Shown piece by piece: positions 20,711-32,473 of a DNA stretch of 32,473 nt. The notes beneath the pieces were generated by a model that was not told the origin of the DNA, ran no database searches, and was given only the letters and a program-made list of their open reading frames with translations. The position numbers and the translations under genes were made by a program. The stretch covers positions 1-32,473 of the forward strand of contig NGBS01000632.1 in the NCBI GenBank assembly GCA_002245135.1, read 5' to 3'. Within the stretch, counting starts at the first letter, position 1, and each line of letters opens with the position of its first letter. This stretch comes from Proteromonas lacertae. Its lineage: Eukaryota.

Positions 20711-20845
20711 ACGTACTAGTTTAAAATATGATTTAATTCCTTTAGTTAATATAAATATTAGTATTTAGAACTACTTTAATTTGGTAATGATGTAAAAAGA
20801 AAAAAGCATATAAAAATCAAGCCGACGTTATTAACCAACTACTAA

Positions 20846-21838
20846 TTAATTTGATTCATCTGGTAATAGTACTCTCTTTGCACTTTCTAAAGTATTCTAT
20901 TTAAATAAATATATAAAATATAAAAAAAATACTTTCAATAACATTGCAATTGTCATTGGACCAACACCACCTGGTACTGGAGTGATTTTAGAAGCAACTT
21001 CTTTACATTCATTGAAGTCACAGTCACCTACTAACTTATATCCTCTCTTATCTGTAGCATCTGGTTTTGAATTCATGCCAACATCAATAACAACACATCC
21101 TGGCTTTAACCAATCACCTTTCACAAGCTCGGTTTGACCAACAGCAGCAATTAAGATATCAGCTGTCTTTACAACTTCCTTCAAGTTTGGTGTTCTTGAA
21201 TGGCAAATAGTCAATGTTGCATTTCTCTCCAATAATAATAAAGCAACAGGAATACCTACAATGTTACTTCTTCCTAATACAACAGCTTGTTTGCCTTCAA
21301 TTGTCACTCCTGAACGGTCTAATAATTCTATACATCCTTTAGGTGTACAAGCAACGAATAATGGTTTTCTACCTTTCATTGCTAATTTACCGATATTTAA
21401 AGGATGAAATCCATCTACATCCTTTTCAATCGAAATTTCTGATAATACAGCTTCTTCGTTAATGTGTGATGGTAATGGCAATTGAATTAAAATACCATTT
21501 ACTTCTGGATTGGCATTTAATGTCTTTACTAATTCAATTAATTCTTCCTAATATATTCATATATACATAAATATAAATACTTGAGTAATGTCAGCTCGTT
21601 TAACATAATCAAAAGCAGCAATTCCTACTTCTGCGCATGCCTTCTTCTTCATACGTACATATGTTTGTGAATCTTTTCTTTCTCCTACAAGAACAACAGC
21701 TAATCCAGGAACCTAAATTAAATCAATTTGAATTATTAATACTTTACCAGTCTTTTCTTTTAAAGCAGCTACTGCTTCTTTTATTTCTTGTCTAATTGTC
21801 TTTGCAATCTCGTTACCATTGATTAATTCAGCTGGCAT
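20846..21838 (-). CDS. folD: Bifunctional methylenetetrahydrofolate dehydrogenase/cyclohydrolase
   Basis: [55 protein letters not shown] and [16 protein letters not shown]; three short introns. Confidence 0.96.
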
Positions 21839-21919
21839 TTTGGGATGTGAATCAAATAGGAATTCGAGCTTTTTTCTTTTTTTTTTCATTTTCAAAAGAA
21901 GTAAGTTCTTTTCTGTATA

Positions 21920-24287
21920 ATGTTTATTCCAAAAATTGGTAGTAGAATAAGTTATGACAAATTATATAAAATATATAGTTATTCATTACATCATTCAAAG
22001 AAGTGTGATTATTTTAAACATATGTGCTATTTATTATCAACTAATGCAATGTCCGAATCGTATGGACTATTTGGTATTTCCAATATTACTAAATCAGAGG
22101 ATTTAAGTAAATTAACTGCAGTATAAGACATATATATATCTATAAAATGATAAATTATAGCAAGTGAAAATAGATGTTATGCAATTAGTGCATGATCTTC
22201 AATCACTTACTGAAACAAAATCAATAATTAAAACGGTTGATAGAATATCATTAACAATCTGCAATGTAATTGATGTAGCACAAGCTATATGGAATTCACA
22301 CGAAGATCCAATATATCGCAAAGCAGCAAGTCAGTGTTACTCTGAATTATCCACTTTCATATCAGAAATCAATAAGAATCCATTAATAGCAAACTCTATT
22401 CAAAATGTAATAGAAAATAAGAATAAATTCGACAGTTTAACACGAGAAGAAAAAATGGTTGCTAAAAAGTTATATAATGAGTTTTTAAGAGATGGAGTTT
22501 ATCTTTCGCCAGAAGTTAAAAGAAAAGTAACACAATTACAATCTGAAATAGATAATTTAGGAAATCAGTTTCAAATGAATATTTATACAAGAGTTCCATT
22601 TTTTGAATTGCCAAAAGATATTGTTCGATTTATACCTCCTTCATTATCAATATATTTACATCCTATATCTTTTATACTGTTTAATAATATTATCATTATT
22701 TCTTTAATTATAATGTAATGTAGAAATGGTAATTCTAAAGTCTCTTTAGATGTTAATACTATTTCAAATATAATAAAAAATATTCCCTATTCAAATGTGA
22801 GAAAATTATTATTTGAAAATTGTTATAGATCATGTCCTCAAAATCTCAAAATTTTGGATGAAATAATACAGAAAAGATCAGAATTTGCTAAACTGTTAGG
22901 TTTTAATTCGTTTGCTGAATATACAGTGATTGACAATATGTTAAATACTCCAACAAAAATAATGGATTTTTTAAAAGAAACATATGAACTATTAACTCCA
23001 AGAGCAAATTATGAATTAAAAGAACTTAAAAAAATTGCTAAAATATATGGAGATAATACAACTATTCAAGCTTGGGATGTAGGATATTATAGTTCATTAT
23101 ATTTTGGTAGTAAATTCAATTTAGATAGTGGAGTATATATATATAAGAATATAATAAATAGAAAATTTCACAATATTTCCCATTAGAAAACGTAATAAAT
23201 GGTTTAAAAATAATCACCAAATCATTATTTGATATTGATTTAAAGGAAGTAACAATAGATTCTAGTGAAAGATGGACATTTGAACAAATATATAAATATG
23301 AATTAATACATCCAAAATATGTATATTATTGTAATGAATAATATATTTATAGGGATTATTAGGAGTAATATATTTTGATCCATTTCCACGTAATGGTAAA
23401 TATGATCAAGCTGCAAACTTCACACTGCATTGTGGTTGTGAAATAGAAAATAATAAAAACAATAATTATCAAATTCCTAAAGTATTGTTAATATGTAATT
23501 TTCAACCACCCACTCATGATTGTCCATCATTGTTAAGACAATCACATGTATTTATTATCATTATTATATATATATATATATTATTAGATTCAAACATTAT
23601 TTCATGAATATGGTCATGCTCTTCATACGATATTAGCTAGAACTAAATACCATCATCTATCAGGAAGCAGAGGACAAGTATTTTTATATATTTTATGAAA
23701 ATAGATGGATTTTGTGGAAGTACCATCTCAATTAATGGAATATTTCTCATGGAATAAAGAAGTATTAAAGAAGTTTGGATTTCATTATAAATCAAAAAAT
23801 CCAATTCCAGATGAATATGTATAATATTTAAATAACATTTATTAATATCAAATAGTTGGATAATATAGAAAAATCTCATTTTGGACTATTTGCAGTTGAA
23901 TTACAGATACAAATACTTTATGCAATGTTGGACCAATTATATTGTGGTAAATATCCATTAAATAAGTCAACTTCTGAAATATTCTATGATTTAACCAAAC
24001 AGTATAGTCCTATACCTTATCCAAATGATATTCATTGGCAAACAAAGTTTGGTCATTTAATAGGATATGCTTCTTCTTATTATAGTTACACAGTTGATGC
24101 AATTGTTGCTGGTTCCATTTGGAAATGTCTTTTTGATAAAGATCCTTTAAATCGTGATGCTGGTATGAATTATTGGAACAATTTATTAATTTATGGTGGA
24201 TCTATGGATGCAATGGATATTCTTCCAAAAATGTTGGGAAAACCTCCATCTATTAATGATTTAATATTAATGACTGATAAATATTAA
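21920..24287 (+). CDS. MIPEP: Mitochondrial intermediate peptidase (M3A family), multi-exon
   Basis: DRISLTICNVIDVA, KRSEFAKLLGFNSFAEY, zinc motif LFHEYGHALH (about 23600), DFVEVPSQLME and FGHLIGYASSYYSY; basic N-terminal extension. Confidence 0.9.
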
Positions 24288-24361
24288 TTATTATGTTTTT
24301 TATAAATTTTAAATAATGTAACGAATAAAAAACGATCATATTTTAATTTTCAGTTTTTGAA

Positions 24362-25588
24362 ATGAAAGAAAGTATATATTATATTTTACGCTATTTAGAT
24401 GATACATACTTCTCACCAATTAGACCTTTATCAGCTGATAGAAAAAGGATATTACAGGCAACGCTAAATCGGTATTATAGTATTATATATTATTAGAAGA
24501 TTAGCAAATGATAATTGTAACGAATGGCATCAGGTTAAACATAGTAATAATAGTAAAAATAATAAGAAACGAGAAAATGATGCTAAACCAATATTTCCAC
24601 CTCCAGGACCTAGTCAATATCACGCTAGCCCTATAAATATAAAACTAAAACGACAAGCTAGACTTAAAACTCCAAATGTTATACCTGTTGAAGATTCAGA
24701 CCCACTCCATCCTTCTATACTAACATCAATTCGTTCTATGTATTATCAGCCGAAAATTAAAAATAAACACAGATGTAATTCAGAGAATAATCTCTTAATT
24801 CTGGCTAAACCGTCTTTTACTTCACCATATCTTAACTATACAAAATCATCACATTCTTCTTCGTCACAAACTACTGCCTCAAATAATAAGCCAAATATAG
24901 AAAAGAAATTACCTCCAGATTCGCTATTATACAATGATACATTGAAAAGAACATTAGCAGATCGATATACAAAGAGTAAAAAAAGAATTCCGCCTCCTGT
25001 AAAATCAATATTAGATAATCGTTCAATATCAAGATATGGGATTAGAAATGATCAAATATTCGTGTATGCATCGAAGCAAGAAAATACTGAAAGAATTAGC
25101 ATTGATGATGATGTACAACCAGTTATGTTTGATAATAGAGGTAGATTTATAACTGTTGAAGAAAAGAAGAAAGTGATTGATAAAATGACTATACCTGAAA
25201 TAGCACATGAAATAAAAGTATTGTATTTATCACTTATGTTATGTATAGCAACTTGGAGAAGCACAGATTATAAAATCTTCTCCTTTACCAGAATTCCTAG
25301 GATTAAATGATATAATTAATCCATCTGTTAGTGAAGACGATAATAATAATAATCAAAAGAAAAAAAAGAGTTTTACAAAACTGAAAAAGTCAAAATCAGA
25401 AAATGAGCTTTTAAAAATAGATCCTTATTCAGAAAAACAGATAAAAAGGATAGTTAAAAAATTGGATAGTAAAATACATAGTCAAGTATATAATAATAAT
25501 GTACATTTCTCTTTCTTTATAGGATGTACAGTTGTATGAACTTCATAAACAATTGATAGAAACAAAACAGACAATAGAATCTTTATAA
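24362..25588 (+). CDS. Hypothetical basic low-complexity protein, multi-exon
   Basis: ATG at 24362; short GT-AG introns link open frames including ORF 24738-25310; ends ...ETKQTIESL-TAA at 25588. No recognisable family. Confidence 0.6.
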
Positions 25589-25709
25589 CTTATAATTCAT
25601 ATCATTTATTCTTTTATTTTTGTTCAACCCTAATCAAAAACAATATATTTATTTTGATAAGCATTTATGAATATAATAAGAATTTGTTAATTATGTTTTT
25701 TGTTTTAGT

Positions 25710-28700
25710 TTATACTCTCACTCCATCCTTCTTAGCTTCTTTCTTTTCTTCTGGTTTTACATCTTTTCCATCAGCTTTAGCAGCAGCCTTCTTCTTTCCA
25801 GTTGGTCTCTTCTTTCTTTCAACACTCTTTGATATACATCTACAATAAACACAACCAAGCACAATTATCAATACAGCAGCTCCAGCTACAACAAGACCAA
25901 TTATCATACCAATATTTGTTCCTGTACTTGCATCTCCAGAAGCACTTGCTGTTGGTCCTTCAATTTCACCTGAAGTGTCAATACTTATAAATGTTGATCC
26001 AAACAAATCTGTATAACCTTCTCCTACTAATCTATTAAATTCTTCCATAACAAGTTGTGTATTTGGATTGAAATATGAAGTTAATTTCTTTGCATTAGCT
26101 TCAGCATCGGCAATTCTTACTTCCACTTTAAGATTATTTTCTCCTTCTTCTGTTTGTTCATCAATGAAATCTAATAAAACTGAAGATGGTTTAACAATAA
26201 CACCAGAAGCATTTAATGCACTATTCAATGATTGAGCAACCAATTGCTGGAATACTTGATAATGTAAACCAGATATATCAGATTTAGATTTTAATGGAAT
26301 AGACATATCGAATTTAAGATATACTTTTTCTGGTGGTGGTATTTCTTTATCATCTACAGCCACACAACTTGAATTATTTGGAGTTCCCCATCTACCAATT
26401 GGAACTGATCCACTAACAGTAAATGAATTACATGGTCTTACTTCAGTACCTAAGAATCCAGTTGGACACAAAACAGCAGCTTCTGAACCATAATCAGTAG
26501 TAATCCATACACCTTCACCATTACATTGGAATGTTTCGATATTCAATGAGATTAATTGACGAATAGAATCACCTTGAGCATTGTGAGCAACAACATAATA
26601 TACATCACTACCACGAGGAACTGTTGTTGATACTTTACCAGATATTTTACCAGTTGTTTCATCAAGTGATAATCCTTTTGGTAATGCTGGAGATAAATCA
26701 TGTAATCTATAAGAATCTGGTTCACCTTGAACATTAGTTGGACTTACTTCAAATGGTACATCCCAATAGACGTTATTATCTTTTGAAGCATATTGGAATG
26801 ATGGAACATCTACTTTACATGTATCTACTGGACTTTGCCATTTTGGATCTTCAACATTTGGACAATATCTACTTCTTTGACCTACTTTTGTTGAATCAGT
26901 ACATGCTAATACAGCTTGTGAACCAGCTCTTGTTTCTGGCCATTCACCTTCTTCTGGACATACTGCTAATACAACTCTAATCTTAAATTTTGTTTCTTTT
27001 TGACCTACATTGTTTTTACCCAAAATTATAATATCACTGGGAAAGTATTCTGCTGAACTCATACCTTGTAAATGACCAGTGTTTTTATTCAATGTAATAC
27101 CTAACGGTAATTTTGAAGACCCAGTCATAAGCGAAAATTCAGTTGGCATACCACCACTTGTTCTCCTTGGTGGTAATGATTTATAGAAACCTACACTGAA
27201 TGTTACATAACCATCCTTCATTTCATATCCCCATACTTCTGGAGCTGGAGTTGTACAACCTGAATCATCTTCATCACCCCATGATGGATTTGCTGTATAT
27301 GGACATCTAATAATTATATGACCATTATAACCTTCTGGACATGGCTTTGTTACTTCTGTACCAGCTTCACCTGATGGTAAATCTCTACTTGGAATAGCTG
27401 CACACATTGCATCTGCAACTACAATTGTCAAAGTAGTAGTTAGTTCTTGATTTCCAAATGCACTTATTACTATATCTGAATAAGTTTTTGTTTCTGTTGG
27501 TGCACCTCCTATTGAACCATCTGTATTTAATTCTACACCTGGTGGTAATGTTCCAGATTTTACTGAATATGTAATATTATTCTTATTACCTACTATTACT
27601 GGAACTACATTTGTGATTGGAACGTTTTTATATGCATTTATATAACTAATCGAATAAGAGAAGGATGTTGGATTTGGATTTTCACATGTACTAATAGGAT
27701 CTTCTAATGTTGGATTATACTTCAATGGACAATATCTACTGATTTTACCAATTTGTGGTAGAGGACAGTCTGAAGAATAATATTCACCTGCAGGAACAGT
27801 TCCTGAACCAGGAAGACTACATGTAGCTTGTTGTACATTTATAGTAATAGGTTCTGCAACACCATTAATTGAAAGTGTATATGTTTTTGTGCCAACTTCC
27901 TTTGGTATTCCTTTAAAACATCCAGTGATTGGTGAAACAACATAATCTTGTGGTGTTATTGTAAGAGAAGTAACAGCTCCAGATACAAATACTACACTAC
28001 TGTTGAAACTCTTAGAACAATCTACTTCAATATCTTTATAAAGTGTAAATGCTTTGTTTATATATGCAATTGTTCCTGTTGAAGTAAATGCTTGAATCTT
28101 TAATGCTTGAGTATATGATGAATCTCCATTATCAGCTGTTAAACTAAATTCATATAATCCAACATTTGGAGTATCACATGTTAATTGAGCTGTAGTCGAA
28201 CTTGAGGTTAATTTACATACATTCTGTGGATCATCTTTACTCCAAGTGGTTACTTGTCTTCCAGATATAACTGCGGCTGTCAATGGACTAGTTGATCCTG
28301 CAGTAACTGCAAATTCTGTATTGATTTGGCCATTTAAAGAAACTGTGAATTCTGGTGGTAATAATTTACATCCAGATGTATCTTCAGCATCCCATGAAGA
28401 TTCTCGTGTAGTTGAACATCTTCTAGTTCTATTTCCTGAATAACCATTTTCACATGCAATTGAAGCAGAATCACCAGCTTTTGTTTGTGGCCATGTTCCA
28501 TCTGCATTGCAATATACAATTGTAACAGTAATAGCAACTGATGCTTTTAATTCTTTACCATCTCCTGTTGTTCCTGTAACATCACATGAATATGTTTTAG
28601 CTTCATTATCATTCTCAATCATAGCTATACCAGATAATATACCAGTTTCTGATTCAAATGAAATACCCATTGGTAAACCATTTGAGCATGATATATAATA

Positions 28701-31700
28701 GCTATTTACACCACCATTAGTAGTTGGTGAAACAGAACTAGCAAATCCTACTTTAAATGTTGTTGGTGTATAGGAAATAGATGTTGCATGACTCTGACAT
28801 CCAGCTATTTCATTTTCCCAATTTGCTGTTACTCCATCTGAATTAGCTACACATTTACGAGAAATCCATCCACTTTGAGTTGAATTACATGCTATTCTGG
28901 CAGTATAACCAGCTGCTGTTGAAGGCCATTTGCCATCTTCTGTTGCATTACAATAAGCTGGTATACAATTGTATTGTAATAAATCTGCCATTTGATAACC
29001 ATAAACTCCATTTTCTGGTTGTTTTACACCTGCTATTTGTAATCTAAATGCATTGTATGATTTGTAAATATTATTTAGATTAAACTTAGTTTGTACTGCA
29101 TTAGCTGATGGTAAGTTAACAGATAATTGTGTATCAATCAATTCCCAATCATTAGTACCATATTCTGATGAACCATATACTCTCCATCCTGTTGGATTTC
29201 TATATTCCCATCTATCATTAGCTGTCCAGAAGTCATACATATTGAAATATTCAGCTCTTTTATTTGGCCAATAAATATCAAAATTAACAGGATAATCTTC
29301 TTTAGTATGAATAACATATGTTTTAGTACCATGGTTATTATCAATTGCTTTGCTAGCTTCTTCACCTCCATTAGTTGTTCCTGATGTATAAGCTTGAACA
29401 CCATTCATTGTTGTTTTTAATGAACATTTACCTGTTTGAGTTGTTGAACTAGCTGTTGGTAATAAAGATGCTTTAAATGGATCATATGCTATACTGCTTC
29501 TATATCTATGACATTCTACAGCCATATAATTCTTACCAGCCTTAATCAACATTTGTGGAATTACAACAGTTCTTGCTGCTATTGGATCAATTAATCTCTT
29601 TCCCCATGTTGTTTCTGTTACTAATCCAATTGGTAAACCATTTCTGTATATTTCTACTCCATTCAAATAAATGATAATACCAGAATCATGTGTTACTGAT
29701 AAATCTAAACTGGAAATAAATGTTAATTCATCATAGAAATTAAACTCTATTCCATAATAACTAGCTATTGTTGTTCTTGTTGGGAATAATCCTGATCTAT
29801 ATTTATTTGGCATATATGATTTATCTAATTCACTCTTCCATTTATCATTATTTGGCTTGCTATTTGAGAAATGCCATTCAGAACTATCTGTTAAATAACT
29901 TGTTAATGAAACTACATACTGAGTAGTTTTTACTGTTGTTGAATCATGTCTATATGTATCAAGTAATTGTGTTGCTAAATAAATATAGAAATTAGTATCA
30001 GATGTCCAAGAATGCTTATTAGAATTTCCAACTACTAATTCATATGCACCTAATGTAACACAAGCTGACATCCATTTATCATGATTCAATATATTACCTG
30101 CATTGCTTATAACATAGGATGATGATGAAAATGATTTGAATGTATAATAGTTTCTTGGGCATTCATTATCACATGTAAATCTAAATACAGCTAATTCTTT
30201 TGTTCCTGGACATTGTTGATCTGCAATAATTTGAATTGTTGTTGGACTTGATTCACCACTTGGATTTATGGCTTTTAATGTTATAGAAATACCATTTCTT
30301 CCCATTCCCATTGTTGTACCAACAACACATCCTGTTTCTTCACTAAATCTTAAAAATTCTGGGAATTCACCAGATTCTACTATTTCTACTCTACTTGCAC
30401 CATTTTGAATAGATGGACATAAAGAAACAATTTGACCTGGAATTACATTCACTTGAGGTGTTGGATAAACTAAAATTGGTGGAGCATTTACTGTATTTCC
30501 ATTAACAACATATGCATCTGTAGTCCAAGCACCATCAGTATTATTAGCTGAATATACAACCAAATTATCCATAGATATTCTAAACCAACCACCACTAGCA
30601 GCTCCTCTTCTTGTAAATGTCACATTGTACATATCTGGTGTATTACATTCAGTGTAAATATATTCTTGAAATCCTACTAATCCAGAACCTTGATGAAGTA
30701 ATATACCTCTGCTATTCATTAATTGAACAACTACATCAGCATTTTGTATCGTATATTCAAATCTTAAGAATTTCATTGATCCTGGACAACCTGTTACTGT
30801 AATTGATACTTTTGCTTCTGTTGATCCTGATGGATTTGATGCTTCAATTGTCACTGGTTCACTCCATTGTTCATAAGGAATGCCAGATATTTCACCTGTA
30901 TTAGGATTAAGTGATAAACCTGTAGGTAATGGTGATTTTAATGTATAAATTACACCAATCGCATTATCCAATGATGGAGATACTGAATTAACAGTAACTC
31001 CATTTACTGTTAATTTTTGACCAATACTTGTTGATATTGTTGGATATACTAAGTTTTGTGGATTGAATCTTTGTTCAACAGTAAATGTAATTTGAGTTGT
31101 ATAGGTTGGTAAACTTGCATCTGATGAACTTGATGCTGTAATTGTATAAGTTGTTTCTAATACACCAAGATCAGTTGGAGTACCTGATATAACACCTGTT
31201 GATGGATTAATCATTATACCTGATGGTAATAATGGATTGATTAAGAAATTGTTATATTTTGATGATTGTACTTGGAAGAATATTGGTTCATTACTTTTAA
31301 TTGCAATACCACTTACATATGTTGCCAATTTATAAGTATATTCTAAATAACCTTCTGGTACATGAAGTAAATATTCAAAATCAACCTCTTTTCTACTGAA
31401 TGGATAATTTCCACTATCATGTGTCCATTCAAGTGAATGTGATTTATTACCTGAATTTTGTGCTTTACCAAATAATATACCAAAATATGTCAAACCACCA
31501 TTTTCAAATTTTATTGTTATATCCCTACTCTGTGAACCACAAGCTGTATTTTTATTTGAATAATAAGCACTTTCACTTGCTATATATAATCTTGACCAAT
31601 CAGTTGCTTCAGCATGAAATGTATAATCTCCTGCTTCGGGTATATTAAGATAACCTTTCCAATAAGCAACGAATGAACTCTTAAAATCATTAGTTAAACC

Positions 31701-32473
31701 ATCCCAAACAGCAGCGCTTGATGGGAATTGTACACCTTTAGTTTCATATCTTGTAAATTTCAATGTTAATTGTTTAGGAACTTTATCAAGATCAATAATA
31801 TCACATCCAACATTTCCACTATAATAATAACCAGTTACACCTCTTGATAAACTATTTCCATTATTATCTAATATACCAAATGATATTTTAATAACTACTG
31901 TAACTACATTTGTAGCTGTAATTGTATATTCTCTTCTGTTGTATGCAATTGTTGGAGTACCACTAATAACACCATTGTTAAACACAACTCCTGGTGGAAG
32001 ATCTGGTTCAATTCTCCATGTTTTAACTGGTCCAACAAGAGTTGGAGTAATTGGTTCAATTTTAAGACCTTTTACAAAGATAAAATCATTTGTAGCATAC
32101 GATACTTTCTGTAATATTGAACCTGTTGGTCTGGCAAATGCACTATCAGGAATATTAGTATAATCTGTAATTCCAGCATTTATACTTCTCCATTTTATAT
32201 CATAATATTGTGCAGTTCCACCATTGTAGAAATAAATTGCTAATTTTCTATAACCAGCTTGTAATGTCTTTGTATATGTGCCTGCTGCATTATAACTACC
32301 TGTCATAACATTTGCAACACTCATATCATCAATAAATACCCACATTTCATCATCTCCTTGTATTTTAAACTGCCATTCACCTCCTGCTGGAATATTAATA
32401 TAACCTGTGAATCTAGTAGCATAATATTCTTTTCCTATAACTGATGAACTTGAATCTCGAACTGGATAAGCAA
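25710..32473 (-). CDS. Giant type I surface protein (>2250 aa, 5'-truncated): PA14 domains, He_PIG-type Ig-like repeats, discoidin/galactose-binding-like domain, Cys-rich HRM-like repeats, C-terminal TM
   Basis: The frame is open to the window end (YATRFTGYINIPAGGEWQFKIQGDD). Repeated LPxGLxLNxxTGxISGTP and CxxDGxWPxTxAGxxAxxxC...GxxxRxC motifs; TM IIGLVVAGAAVLIIVLGCVYC followed by a Lys-rich tail. Confidence 0.9.
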   Translation of the reverse strand, partial: AYPVRDSSSSVIGKEYYATRFTGYINIPAGGEWQFKIQGDDEMWVFIDDMSVANVMTGSYNAAGTYTKTLQAGYRKLAIYFYNGGTAQYYDIKWRSINAGITDYTNIPDSAFARPTGSILQKVSYATNDFIFVKGLKIEPITPTLVGPVKTWRIEPDLPPGVVFNNGVISGTPTIAYNRREYTITATNVVTVVIKISFGILDNNGNSLSRGVTGYYYSGNVGCDIIDLDKVPKQLTLKFTRYETKGVQFPSSAAVWDGLTNDFKSSFVAYWKGYLNIPEAGDYTFHAEATDWSRLYIASESAYYSNKNTACGSQSRDITIKFENGGLTYFGILFGKAQNSGNKSHSLEWTHDSGNYPFSRKEVDFEYLLHVPEGYLEYTYKLATYVSGIAIKSNEPIFFQVQSSKYNNFLINPLLPSGIMINPSTGVISGTPTDLGVLETTYTITASSSSDASLPTYTTQITFTVEQRFNPQNLVYPTISTSIGQKLTVNGVTVNSVSPSLDNAIGVIYTLKSPLPTGLSLNPNTGEISGIPYEQWSEPVTIEASNPSGSTEAKVSITVTGCPGSMKFLRFEYTIQNADVVVQLMNSRGILLHQGSGLVGFQEYIYTECNTPDMYNVTFTRRGAASGGWFRISMDNLVVYSANNTDGAWTTDAYVVNGNTVNAPPILVYPTPQVNVIPGQIVSLCPSIQNGASRVEIVESGEFPEFLRFSEETGCVVGTTMGMGRNGISITLKAINPSGESSPTTIQIIADQQCPGTKELAVFRFTCDNECPRNYYTFKSFSSSSYVISNAGNILNHDKWMSACVTLGAYELVVGNSNKHSWTSDTNFYIYLATQLLDTYRHDSTTVKTTQYVVSLTSYLTDSSEWHFSNSKPNNDKWKSELDKSYMPNKYRSGLFPTRTTIASYYGIEFNFYDELTFISSLDLSVTHDSGIIIYLNGVEIYRNGLPIGLVTETTWGKRLIDPIAARTVVIPQMLIKAGKNYMAVECHRYRSSIAYDPFKASLLPTASSTTQTGKCSLKTTMNGVQAYTSGTTNGGEEASKAIDNNHGTKTYVIHTKEDYPVNFDIYWPNKRAEYFNMYDFWTANDRWEYRNPTGWRVYGSSEYGTNDWELIDTQLSVNLPSANAVQTKFNLNNIYKSYNAFRLQIAGVKQPENGVYGYQMADLLQYNCIPAYCNATEDGKWPSTAAGYTARIACNSTQSGWISRKCVANSDGVTANWENEIAGCQSHATSISYTPTTFKVGFASSVSPTTNGGVNSYYISCSNGLPMGISFESETGILSGIAMIENDNEAKTYSCDVTGTTGDGKELKASVAITVTIVYCNADGTWPQTKAGDSASIACENGYSGNRTRRCSTTRESSWDAEDTSGCKLLPPEFTVSLNGQINTEFAVTAGSTSPLTAAVISGRQVTTWSKDDPQNVCKLTSSSTTAQLTCDTPNVGLYEFSLTADNGDSSYTQALKIQAFTSTGTIAYINKAFTLYKDIEVDCSKSFNSSVVFVSGAVTSLTITPQDYVVSPITGCFKGIPKEVGTKTYTLSINGVAEPITINVQQATCSLPGSGTVPAGEYYSSDCPLPQIGKISRYCPLKYNPTLEDPISTCENPNPTSFSYSISYINAYKNVPITNVVPVIVGNKNNITYSVKSGTLPPGVELNTDGSIGGAPTETKTYSDIVISAFGNQELTTTLTIVVADAMCAAIPSRDLPSGEAGTEVTKPCPEGYNGHIIIRCPYTANPSWGDEDDSGCTTPAPEVWGYEMKDGYVTFSVGFYKSLPPRRTSGGMPTEFSLMTGSSKLPLGITLNKNTGHLQGMSSAEYFPSDIIILGKNNVGQKETKFKIRVVLAVCPEEGEWPETRAGSQAVLACTDSTKVGQRSRYCPNVEDPKWQSPVDTCKVDVPSFQYASKDNNVYWDVPFEVSPTNVQGEPDSYRLHDLSPALPKGLSLDETTGKISGKVSTTVPRGSDVYYVVAHNAQGDSIRQLISLNIETFQCNGEGVWITTDYGSEAAVLCPTGFLGTEVRPCNSFTVSGSVPIGRWGTPNNSSCVAVDDKEIPPPEKVYLKFDMSIPLKSKSDISGLHYQVFQQLVAQSLNSALNASGVIVKPSSVLLDFIDEQTEEGENNLKVEVRIADAEANAKKLTSYFNPNTQLVMEEFNRLVGEGYTDLFGSTFISIDTSGEIEGPTASASGDASTGTNIGMIIGLVVAGAAVLIIVLGCVYCRCISKSVERKKRPTGKKKAAAKADGKDVKPEEKKEAKKDGVRV

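Noticed and set aside
4610..32163. Numerous short antisense or alternate-frame ORFs inside long genes (e.g. 4610-4993, 9356-9649, 14775-15045, 20239-20559, 28246-28698, 31939-32163)
   Set aside because: Shadow ORFs of real coding sequence with no independent motifs.
1..32473. tRNA, rRNA or other structured RNA genes
   Set aside because: No cloverleaf or rRNA-like GC-rich segment was recognised by eye; a covariance-model search would be needed to exclude small RNAs.

Overview
AT-rich, gene-dense eukaryotic DNA with very short GT-AG introns (about 24-40 nt). The gene content and intron size are most consistent with a Blastocystis-like gut stramenopile (inference, not proven). Bases 1 to about 4054 look like the end of an integrated DNA virus of the Polinton/Polinton-like-virus (PLV)/virophage type. 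This part carries a frameshifted major-capsid-like gene, a penton/minor-capsid-like gene, a near-palindromic divergent promoter, two orphan ORFs, and a repeat-rich control region with E2F-, CHR- and MYB-like motifs. It also contains an unannotated spliced microprotein with tandem SUMO-interacting motifs, and a GC-rich repeated terminus that abuts an apparently disrupted host gene. The rest is host DNA: a giant REJ/GPS polycystin-1-like gene (one in-frame TGA, embedded tetraspanin module), a decayed LRR remnant, a catalytically degenerate DDX41-like helicase, a dsRBD-TPR-DnaJ fusion, golgin-84-like, TMEM62-like, a CaaX coiled-coil protein, FolD, mitochondrial intermediate peptidase, a hypothetical protein and a 5'-truncated giant PA14/Ig-like surface protein. 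All family calls come from reading motifs by eye; no database searches were run.
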